Assembly (NCBI GenBank): GCA_963705375.1 | Contig: OY970071.1 | Span: 450,001 to 482,000 of the forward strand | Length of the DNA stretch: 32,000 nt | DNA from: Candidatus Saccharimonadota bacterium | Lineage (GTDB): Archaea; Micrarchaeota; Micrarchaeia; Micrarchaeales; Micrarchaeaceae | Direction: 5' to 3' | Shown here: positions 24,621-32,000 of the stretch, one piece after another | Numbering within the stretch: position 1 is the first letter of the stretch | How the letters are laid out: the number at the start of each line of letters is the position of its first letter | The notes under the pieces: generated by a model | Told to the model about the DNA's origin: nothing | Seen by the model: the letters and a program-made list of their open reading frames with translations, nothing else | The model's database searches: none | Made by a program: the position numbers and the translations under genes

Positions 24621-27062
24621 ATGGACGAAAAGAGTGTAAAGAGCGAGAACATCACCAAGCACGTAAAGATACTTGCCGGGCTTCTTGAGAACAAGTATTG
24701 GACATTTGCAATAGCAGTCGCAATAATCGCAGTGAATGTGTTCCTGCGTGTGCCCCTGTTACGCTTCCAGGGCATGTTTGAGCCTGACGGCTTCTTCTAC
24801 TATGCGGTGGTAAGGCAGGCCGTACAGAGCAATTTTGTTGTGAGCAATTACCTCAACATCTCAGGATTCCCTTGGCACAATTTCATCGGAGAGGCACCAG
24901 GCCTCATCTACATGACAGTAATACCGTACTTCTTCCTGCGCTTCATGGGTATTAGCTACTACACCACCCTACGACTGATTCCGGTACTGTTCGGAATACT
25001 GTACGCAATACTCGCGTATTATCTCGTGCAATACATCCACAAGAGCAAATTCTTGGGGCTTCTTGCGATGTTCTTTGTGAGCGCCTCCAGCGGCAACATC
25101 GCAAGGACTGCAGCGACGGTGTACAGAGGAGACAGCTTCATAAGCCTGTTTCTGATGCTGGGCCTTATTTTCATGCTGAGGGCGTTGAGTTCAAGCGACA
25201 GAAAGAGCAAGTACCTGAACACGGGAATATCTGCGTTCGTGCTGAGCCTTGGCATAACGGTGTGGACAGGATACTCGTTCATAATCGCAATCTACATGCT
25301 GACGCTTCTGATACTGCTCGCATACGGCTTCGTGAAGGCAGACCATGACCTTCTGTGGACGAACACGCTACTGACCGTCGGCCTGCTAGGCACTTCCCTG
25401 TTGGATGATGTGTGGGTGCTCCTGGGGCTTGGAAGGGCCGGAGGCCAGCTCGCCGGCTCGAACTTCTTCGTATTCTGGATAACAATAATGCTTGGAAACG
25501 CGCTTGCGATATACCTGATCAAAAACAAGCACAAGATAAACTTGATAGGCAGTGTCGAGAAGAGGATCGGCGTTGTGCTGGCTGTCGTAGCGGTTATGCT
25601 CGTCTTATACTTGGTGCTGTTCGGCGAGGTCATAGGCGGCATGCTCGGCAGCGTAGGCATAACCAACGCAGCAAGCAGCCCGATAGGCGGCACGACGCAG
25701 GAGCTGCAGAAGCCGTCCTACGCCTTCCTGTTCGCAAGCTTCAGCCTTCAATTATACCTTGCGCCGTTTGCGATCCTGCTGTTCCTGTTTTTCGCGAACA
25801 AGATCCACAACAGAGAGCACTTCAAGATAAAGGGCATGGCGGTTAATGTCAACAACGGCTTCCTGGTGATGTTGGCATACTTCATGATTACCGCATTTCT
25901 GCAGCTTGCCGCAATAAGATGGAATGCTTTGCTATCAGTGCCCATGGCGATATTTGCAGCGTACGGCGTGTATGCGATATTCTCGCTAGCCAAAGGCAAG
26001 ATCCTTGGACGTAAAGCGTACGTAGTAGTTGTCGGGATGCTGTTTGGTGCGTTTGCCGTTTGCATCATGTATTATGATGTGGTGCCGCTGTTCACGCTGG
26101 GCAACATACTCATGGTTGCAATCGCGACCCTGATCACAGCCCTACTCGTCGGCATTTTTGCATATGATGCGTACGCAGTTGTTAAGACGCGCATGGAGCT
26201 AAAGTACGTATGCGCTGCATTCATCGGAGTGCTGCTGCTCTTCAATTTCTATGGGACGTACGTCTCTTCGTATTCATCCTCGCAGGCCGATGGCATAAAC
26301 ACACACTTTCTGGATGCGATGACGTGGATGAGCGGCAACACGCCAAAGAACGCAACTGTCTGGGCGATATGGCCTGACGGCTCAGTTGTAGAGGGATGGG
26401 CCAACAGGACGAACTACATGGACAGCGTAGGAGGGGAGAACGGCACCAGGATCTATTATTCTGCCCGATTCCTGTTCAACACGAGCAACGACACACAGTA
26501 CCTGTACGACATAGGCAGGCCGCAGTACATAGTGGCACGAGGCTTTTGGTATCAGGAGCTCGGCGGACTGGCAGTCGAAGGCAATATCACTAACGCTAGC
26601 GATTACGGATATGCATCGCTTCCGATATTGAACATAACGCAGAACGAGACAGCAAGGTTCTACGCTTTCTCATCGCCAGGCTATCCGTATTACAGGGCAA
26701 TGATGATAACTGAGAGGCAGACGAACGGCACCGACAAGTTTTTTGCATACCTTGGCGCGCAGGGAAGCAACAGGTACGCGCCGATAAAGAATGTGATGTT
26801 CTTCAACACATCAAACTATGGTTACAACATCGTCAAGACTGCAGCAGAGAACGACACGCGCAACTACACGCTGCTGATATCATACAAAGGCAACGTGATA
26901 AGCGGCGGCGCTGTGCTGGGCCCTTCGCTGTTCAACAGCAACATCTTCAAATTCACATTCCTGTGCAACCAATACGCGTGCCCGTTTGGCAGCGCGAACA
27001 CCACACTCACCGCAGTGTACATAAACAACGACACAAGAATATTTAGGGTCAACTACGGCTAG
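24621..27062 (+). CDS. aglB: STT3/AglB-like oligosaccharyltransferase with a divergent catalytic motif
   Basis: 813 aa: a polytopic N-terminal part followed by a ~260-aa soluble C-terminal domain. First-loop motif FEPDGFFYYAVVRQ (STT3-type D..Y.....R). After the last TM: NATVWAIWPDGSVVEGWANRTNYMDS, where WWDYG is expected. Divergent from the S-layer gene. Confidence 0.6.
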   Translation: MDEKSVKSENITKHVKILAGLLENKYWTFAIAVAIIAVNVFLRVPLLRFQGMFEPDGFFYYAVVRQAVQSNFVVSNYLNISGFPWHNFIGEAPGLIYMTVIPYFFLRFMGISYYTTLRLIPVLFGILYAILAYYLVQYIHKSKFLGLLAMFFVSASSGNIARTAATVYRGDSFISLFLMLGLIFMLRALSSSDRKSKYLNTGISAFVLSLGITVWTGYSFIIAIYMLTLLILLAYGFVKADHDLLWTNTLLTVGLLGTSLLDDVWVLLGLGRAGGQLAGSNFFVFWITIMLGNALAIYLIKNKHKINLIGSVEKRIGVVLAVVAVMLVLYLVLFGEVIGGMLGSVGITNAASSPIGGTTQELQKPSYAFLFASFSLQLYLAPFAILLFLFFANKIHNREHFKIKGMAVNVNNGFLVMLAYFMITAFLQLAAIRWNALLSVPMAIFAAYGVYAIFSLAKGKILGRKAYVVVVGMLFGAFAVCIMYYDVVPLFTLGNILMVAIATLITALLVGIFAYDAYAVVKTRMELKYVCAAFIGVLLLFNFYGTYVSSYSSSQADGINTHFLDAMTWMSGNTPKNATVWAIWPDGSVVEGWANRTNYMDSVGGENGTRIYYSARFLFNTSNDTQYLYDIGRPQYIVARGFWYQELGGLAVEGNITNASDYGYASLPILNITQNETARFYAFSSPGYPYYRAMMITERQTNGTDKFFAYLGAQGSNRYAPIKNVMFFNTSNYGYNIVKTAAENDTRNYTLLISYKGNVISGGAVLGPSLFNSNIFKFTFLCNQYACPFGSANTTLTAVYINNDTRIFRVNYG

Positions 27063-27422
27063 GCGCGTATGTCTGGGATAAAGATGAGACCGCCTGTCTA
27101 GTTGAATTTGGTGTCAAAGGACAACTACGCATGCTTGTATCGGTAGCGTCTTGGCATGGATCTTATCATGGTTTTAACTTGACAACGAGAGCAGAGCACA
27201 AATTCGAGCAGGGCCATGGTGTTGCCTTCTGATATTCTTGAAACGGCTTCATGTGTTTGGTGCAGATCTTGACATGCCCAAAACCAATCCTTCTAGATTT
27301 TTCTTATCACTGTGAATCAGCCGCAATATAGTTTATCGTTTTATGGATAACGTATCAATCTGATTTGTTTAAATTGTCCTAGGACCTAACAAATTTTCAA
27401 GCGTACATTTTAAGTGCCCTCT

Positions 27423-28646
27423 TCAGCACTCAACGATCTCGCACGTGAGCGGATTGATCAACTTTCCGCCTCTCTTAAGATACCATCCCAGCTTCTGCCT
27501 GCCGAATTCTATGTAGTTCCATGCACCAACCACTAGATAATCAGGCATGTCCTTCGCTATGTCTGCTTCACCCTTAACCAGTATGCCCGCCTGCGGTATG
27601 TACTTGCCTATCTTGTACTCTGTAGAATCATAACCACACTCTATCTCCTTGCTGGTTATCCCGCAGAAATTCAGCATCGTCGCTATCTTTGCCGGAACGG
27701 TCCATATTGCAATCTTCTTGCCACGTCTTCTTAGGCCTCTTATCAATCTTACAAACCTGCGCTTTCTCTCGTCGGCCAGTTTCTGCAGCGTCATCATTTT
27801 CTTTATATCGTACAGCCCCGCCCTCTCTTCCTCGACAGTGAATCTTCCTACCGCATCGGAGGTTCCGTGCTTCTTCATCATCACCCTAATAGAGCCACCC
27901 AGCCGGTCAGGGAGATACTCTATATCCATAAGCATCAATCCAATATCAGTAGCAAGTCTTTCCATCGCCTTTATGTCCCAGACGTAATAGTGCTCCGCGT
28001 ATAAGGTGTCTATCTGCAACTCTTCTATCAGCCTTTTTAGCCAGTGCACCTCAATAGATATGACACCCTCATCGCTTATCAGATTCTTCATACCCAAAAG
28101 CATGTCACGAGGGTTAGGAATGTGCGCAAACACATTGTTTGCGATCACAAGATCGGCTTTGCCATACTCGTCGGCTATACGTTTGCTTAGCTCTTCTCCA
28201 AAAAAGGCGTTTATTGTGGTAAGACCGTTCTCGTTCGCGATCTTCGCAAGATTTTTTGCAGGCTCTACACCTAAGACCCTATCAAAGTCGCCAAATTCTT
28301 TAAGCAGCTTTATCTCTGTGCCGTCGTTGGAGGCGATGACCACTGCAAAGTGCCTATTGTCGAGCCTTTTCCTCATTTTTAACGAGAGTTCTTTGAAGTG
28401 CTCTATCACAGGAGCACTGGCACCGGTAAAATAGACATAATTGCCCCCGAACAGCTTTACCCTGTTTACCAAATCAACCTGCTGAAAGAATGTGCAGTTA
28501 TCACACCAGTAGTACCTCAGCGGGTAGCTCTTCACTTCTGATAGATATTTCTCCTCTACCAAATCGTTTGCGCTGGGCATTGCGCCAAGGTCAAGCACTT
28601 TGTAAAGACCCTCATTCCCACACACCTTGCACAAGTGTTTAGTCAT
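27423..28646 (-). CDS. Zn-ribbon SAM-dependent methyltransferase, sugar C-methyltransferase-like (Methyltransf_13/14 architecture)
   Basis: N-terminal CKVCG...CDNC four-Cys pattern with LDLGAMPSAN. MT core VVIASNDGTE...ADLVIANNVFAHIPNP. Long C-terminal domain typical of NDP-hexose C-methyltransferases. Confidence 0.6.
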   Translation of the reverse strand: MTKHLCKVCGNEGLYKVLDLGAMPSANDLVEEKYLSEVKSYPLRYYWCDNCTFFQQVDLVNRVKLFGGNYVYFTGASAPVIEHFKELSLKMRKRLDNRHFAVVIASNDGTEIKLLKEFGDFDRVLGVEPAKNLAKIANENGLTTINAFFGEELSKRIADEYGKADLVIANNVFAHIPNPRDMLLGMKNLISDEGVISIEVHWLKRLIEELQIDTLYAEHYYVWDIKAMERLATDIGLMLMDIEYLPDRLGGSIRVMMKKHGTSDAVGRFTVEEERAGLYDIKKMMTLQKLADERKRRFVRLIRGLRRRGKKIAIWTVPAKIATMLNFCGITSKEIECGYDSTEYKIGKYIPQAGILVKGEADIAKDMPDYLVVGAWNYIEFGRQKLGWYLKRGGKLINPLTCEIVEC

Positions 28647-28707
28647 AAGTCATCACTTTGTTTCAGCATTTATCAGATACATCGTTGAAGCCACTGGGTC
28701 ATCACGG

Positions 28708-29724
28708 TCACAATACGGTGCTTGTGCTTCTGCCAGCATCGATGAATTCCTGCATCTTTATGAGATGCTTGTACCACTCTACAGTCTTACCTCTAAGGTC
28801 GTCAGAGTTCAGCCTGCCATCTTTCAGGGCATCAGATATCTCCTTGGCTCCATCAGCAGCCGTGTATTTCGTATTGAATCCCAAAATAGACTTCGCTTTG
28901 TCAAAGCTGACTTGATAGCTCCTCTTGTCAGGATTGCCATACCACTCATAGTCAAATGGAACTCCGACAGATTCGGCGACTATCTTCGCAAGATCTAATA
29001 TCTTATAGTTCTGCTCATTAGACCCGATATTGAATATCTGGCCGTTTACTTTATCTGAATCCACACCTATTGCGGTGATAAAAGCTCTTGAAGTATCTTT
29101 TACATGAACGAATGGCCTGAACTGATTGCCATCCCTGAGTATGGGTATTTTTTTGTTCTTGATCAGGCCGAGAACCATCCCATTTACGGCTAGATCAAAT
29201 CTCATCTTGTATGAGAAGCCGTAGACTGTAGCCTGCCTAAGAGCAACAACGGTAAACTTTTCATCGCAAAGCGGAAGTGCATCTTTCTCCCAGAGCACAT
29301 TGCATCTTGCATATGTAGTGAGCGGATCGGTCTTAGAGGTCTCATTTAACATGCCTTCCTGGAACCCATACACGCTGCACGACGAAGCGAGAATGTACCT
29401 TTTGACACCCACTTCCTTGCTAAGTTTGGCCATCCGTACTCGTCCTAAATAATTGATGTCTACAGTCTTAAGCGGGTCTAGCTCTCCAGCAGGGTCGTTC
29501 GACAATGCAGCCATATCTATTACGACATCTACATCCTTGAGCACTGAAGGTGCGACCCATCTTACATCGTCCTTGACGACCTCTATCCTGTCTGATACAT
29601 CACGCAGGGAGTCGTTACCAAAGAAGAACCGGTCCAGCACTCTGACGTCATAACCAGAGTCAATAAGCATTCTTGTAAGCATAGAGCCTATGTAACCAGC
29701 ACCCCCTGTGACCAAGACTCTCAA
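28708..29724 (-). CDS. Extended SDR, NAD-dependent NDP-sugar epimerase/dehydratase family (atypical active site)
   Basis: Rossmann motif VLVTGGAGYIGS and SSCSVYG. The expected YxxxK reads Y-A-R-C-N (29313..29299). 4-nt overlap with the upstream rmlD-like gene. Confidence 0.75.
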   Translation of the reverse strand: MRVLVTGGAGYIGSMLTRMLIDSGYDVRVLDRFFFGNDSLRDVSDRIEVVKDDVRWVAPSVLKDVDVVIDMAALSNDPAGELDPLKTVDINYLGRVRMAKLSKEVGVKRYILASSCSVYGFQEGMLNETSKTDPLTTYARCNVLWEKDALPLCDEKFTVVALRQATVYGFSYKMRFDLAVNGMVLGLIKNKKIPILRDGNQFRPFVHVKDTSRAFITAIGVDSDKVNGQIFNIGSNEQNYKILDLAKIVAESVGVPFDYEWYGNPDKRSYQVSFDKAKSILGFNTKYTAADGAKEISDALKDGRLNSDDLRGKTVEWYKHLIKMQEFIDAGRSTSTVL

Positions 29725-30608
29725 GCAAACGCACCAAGCTGTTCCTTCAATATCTGCAATCCCTCTTTAACATTAAGGGTTTTCATGTTTGCAACCCGTT
29801 CCACCTTCTCAGTGGACATGTTGACGCTCTCCGGTCTCTTGGCTATCTGGTTCAGTTCAGGCGCGGTGATGGGAGTTATTAGGCTTTTATTCAGGTTAAA
29901 TGTTTTGGCTATCTCTATTGAAAAGTCATACCGGCTAAGGCATTCCTTGCCAGTGATATGGAATATGCCAGTCTCGTCTTTCTGATAGAGCCGGAGCAGG
30001 AATTCTGCCAGGTTGTCTGCCAGCGTCGGGTTGTTGCGCTGGTCGTTCACTATCCTGACGTTCTCTTTGTTCTTGAGTTTGCTTATGAGCCATGATGCAA
30101 AGTTGACCTTGTTCATGCCACCAACACCGTACAAGACAGAGGTTCTTGCCACTAGGTAGTTCATATCCAATGCCGCAAGCACGTATTCGGCAATAAGTTT
30201 TGTCTTTGCATAATAATTCAAGGGGTGCGGCTTGTCCTTCTCTGTGTATCTGAGCTTTCTTCCGTCAAAGACATCATCTGTAGACAGGAATATGTATTTG
30301 GACCCAAAGTTCTTGCATGCTTCTGCGACGTTTCTTGAGCCATTAACATTCACATCCCATGCCTCAGTTATGTGCGTCTCACAGTAATCCAGATTGTGCA
30401 AGGCGTGCGTATCCACAACGCAATCAGGTTTTATCTTATCAATTAGCTTGAAAACACTCTCCCTGTTTGTCACGTCTAATTTGAACGCATTCTTGGCATC
30501 CACTTCATGCAGATTGTAGGTCCCAAATACGTCGAACCTGTCCTTTGCTATGCTGCCCAGCCTGCTGCCGAGCAAACCACTACAACCAATTATCAGTAGC
30601 CTCTCCAC
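29721..30608 (-). CDS. rmlD: dTDP-4-dehydrorhamnose reductase-like (RmlD family)
   Basis: IIGCSGLLGS, LSTDDVFDG and YAKTKLIAE (YxxxK). GTG start at 30608, about 27 nt from the TATA tatatttaaat. Confidence 0.75.
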   Translation of the reverse strand: MERLLIIGCSGLLGSRLGSIAKDRFDVFGTYNLHEVDAKNAFKLDVTNRESVFKLIDKIKPDCVVDTHALHNLDYCETHITEAWDVNVNGSRNVAEACKNFGSKYIFLSTDDVFDGRKLRYTEKDKPHPLNYYAKTKLIAEYVLAALDMNYLVARTSVLYGVGGMNKVNFASWLISKLKNKENVRIVNDQRNNPTLADNLAEFLLRLYQKDETGIFHITGKECLSRYDFSIEIAKTFNLNKSLITPITAPELNQIAKRPESVNMSTEKVERVANMKTLNVKEGLQILKEQLGAFA

Positions 30609-30609
30609 G

Positions 30610-30658
30610 ATAAGATATTAATAACATAATATATTTAAATGTTTATAAGATATTAATA
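30610..30658. promoter_or_regulatory. Bidirectional rmlD/rmlA promoter region with a 14-bp direct repeat
   Basis: ataagatattaata occurs at 30610-30623 and 30645-30658, flanking back-to-back TATA elements (tatatttaaat / gtttataag). Both genes would be leaderless. Confidence 0.5.
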
Positions 30659-30668
30659 CTCGATCTAA

Positions 30669-31415
30669 ATGTGGGGCATAATACTGGCAGGGGGCGAAGG
30701 GACAAGGCTTAATCCAATTACAAGGGTCACAAACAAGCATCTTTTGCCAGTATACAATAAGCCCATGATCTACTACCCCTTAGAGTTTCTCATAAGCGTC
30801 GGTATAAGAGACATAATACTCGTGACGGGAAAGGAGCATGCAGGCCGCTTTGCAGACCTGCTCGGCGATGGCAGCAGATTCAACGTAAACATCACATACA
30901 AGGTACAGGAAGGGGCATTGGGCATAGCACACGCATTGGGACTAACAGAGAACGTGGTCAGAGGCGAACCGATAATAACAATGCTAGGCGATAATGTACT
31001 TGCAGCAAATAATGAAGAAATAAAAAGTATTAAGGAGCTGGTCACGAATTTCGGAAAAAAGGCCAGCGGCGCAGTGATATTCCTTAAAGAGGTTGAAGAC
31101 CCAGAGCGTTTTGGGGTTCCGGAGTTTGACGATAACAAGAGAATAAAGAGTATAGAGGAAAAACCAAAAGAGCCGAAGTCCAAATGTGCCGTTATTGGTT
31201 TGTATATGTATGATAAAACGGTCTTCGACAAGATAAGGACATTGAAGCCGTCTTGGCGCAACGAATTGGAGTTGACAGACGTGAACAACGCGTACATTGC
31301 AGAAAAAAAGCTTGAGTATCATGTTATAAAAGGGATGTGGACCGATGCAGGAACTTTTGAATCGCTGTTCAAGGCAACTTCAATAGCAAGGGAGTCGCAT
31401 ATTGGAAAACAGTGA
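30669..31415 (+). CDS. rmlA: Glucose-1-phosphate thymidylyltransferase-like sugar nucleotidyltransferase (short RmlA form)
   Basis: IILAGGEGTRLNPITRVTNKHLLPVYNKPMIYYPL, the G-x-G-T-R-L-x-P-x-T signature. Confidence 0.85.
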   Translation: MWGIILAGGEGTRLNPITRVTNKHLLPVYNKPMIYYPLEFLISVGIRDIILVTGKEHAGRFADLLGDGSRFNVNITYKVQEGALGIAHALGLTENVVRGEPIITMLGDNVLAANNEEIKSIKELVTNFGKKASGAVIFLKEVEDPERFGVPEFDDNKRIKSIEEKPKEPKSKCAVIGLYMYDKTVFDKIRTLKPSWRNELELTDVNNAYIAEKKLEYHVIKGMWTDAGTFESLFKATSIARESHIGKQ

Positions 31416-31419
31416 TCCG

Positions 31420-31965
31420 ATGGCGTTCAGATTCAAGAGATTGAAAATTCCTGAGGTTGTCCTGATCGAATCGGATCTGTACACAGATAATAGGGGCGCA
31501 TTTACAGAAGTTTACAAAGCGTCAGAGTTCAAAAGTAACAAAATACCATGCAGATTTGTACAAAGCAGCTATTCCAAATCAAGGAAGAACGTACTGCGTG
31601 GTCTGCATTACCAGGCAGGACCAAAAGCGCAAGGCAAATTGGTAAAGGTCGTACACGGGCGCGTATTTGATGTTGCAGTAGATCTGAGGAAGAATTCGGA
31701 AAGTTTTGCGCGTTGGGTAAGCGTCGAACTATCTGAAGAAAATGGCAGAATGCTTTGGGTGCCCGAAGGGTTTGCGCACGGATTCCTTGCACTTGAAGAC
31801 AATACTAGCGTGCTGTATCAGTTCACAAGAGAATACTCGAAAGCACACGGCAGAGGCATAATATGGAAAGATCCGGTCATAAATATAGCGTGGCCTATAA
31901 GGAATCCCATACTTTCAGAAAACGATAAGGCGCTACCCGAATTGAGTTCTGTGGACAATCTGTGA
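31420..31965 (+). CDS. rmlC: dTDP-4-dehydrorhamnose 3,5-epimerase (cupin)
   Basis: RGLHYQ, GKLVKVVHGRVFDVAVDLR and WVPEGFAHGF. ATG 31420 is preferred over the track's TTG 31402 because of the SD-like GTGATCC immediately upstream. Confidence 0.85.
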   Translation: MAFRFKRLKIPEVVLIESDLYTDNRGAFTEVYKASEFKSNKIPCRFVQSSYSKSRKNVLRGLHYQAGPKAQGKLVKVVHGRVFDVAVDLRKNSESFARWVSVELSEENGRMLWVPEGFAHGFLALEDNTSVLYQFTREYSKAHGRGIIWKDPVINIAWPIRNPILSENDKALPELSSVDNL

Positions 31966-32000
31966 TACACTCCAAAATCTGACACTATCTTTCTGGCAGA

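Noticed and set aside
27649-28434. 112-aa and 142-aa plus-strand ORFs; likewise 30773..31297 (-) and 30984..31322 (-) in rmlA.
   Set aside because: They are antisense to motif-supported genes, with Ser/Leu/Phe/Ile-rich shadow translations.
31402-31419. TTG 31402 as the rmlC start, overlapping rmlA by 14 nt.
   Set aside because: ATG 31420 follows an SD-like GTGATCC and the rmlA stop. The six extra residues (MENSDP) are not part of the conserved cupin N-terminus. It is kept only as an alternative.
1-32000. Search for CRISPR arrays, IS elements/transposases, integrases and rRNA genes.
   Set aside because: No array of 3 or more regularly spaced 24-40-bp repeats, no terminal inverted repeats flanking a transposase-like ORF, no integrase-like ORF and no rRNA-like sequence was seen. 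The only repeats are the 2-3-unit tandem repeats and the 25-bp tRNA duplication reported above.

Overview
This is an archaeal chromosomal segment. The evidence is a ThrRS with the archaeal N-terminal editing domain, aRF1, an S-layer protein with Methanococcales-type N- and C-terminal regions, an STT3/AglB-like oligosaccharyltransferase, TATA boxes about 26 nt upstream of many start codons (leaderless mRNAs), and GTGAT-type Shine-Dalgarno sites on a few genes. I cannot name the lineage from sequence alone. Housekeeping genes are thrS, tRNA-Leu(UAG), serS, prf1 and a polyprenyl diphosphate synthase. They are interleaved with a large cell-envelope and glycosylation gene set: an S-layer gene, aglB-like, an ArnT/PMT-like GT-C enzyme coupled to a NodU-type carbamoyltransferase, a Dpm1-like GT2, several sequon-rich surface proteins, and a dTDP-6-deoxyhexose cluster (rmlA, rmlC, rmlD, an SDR, and a Zn-ribbon sugar C-methyltransferase-like gene). 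Two mutually divergent AbiE-type (COG5340 antitoxin / DUF1814 nucleotidyltransferase) toxin-antitoxin modules are inserted in this backbone. One fills a 1.43-kb integrase-less mini-island bounded by a perfect 25-bp duplication of the 3' end of tRNA-Leu. Other points of note: (1) an open frame of at least 811 codons on the minus strand at 1-2435, absent from the ORF track, encoding an acidic Ala-rich helical protein of unknown family; (2) serS has no canonical start codon, with ACG where Met is expected; (3) a three-gene surface module downstream of the S-layer gene shares a 4-Cys ectodomain between two of its proteins; (4) the aglB-like gene has WPDG in place of the WWDYG motif. No CRISPR array, IS element, integrase or rRNA was seen. 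All family assignments rest on motifs I read in the translations. No database search was possible.
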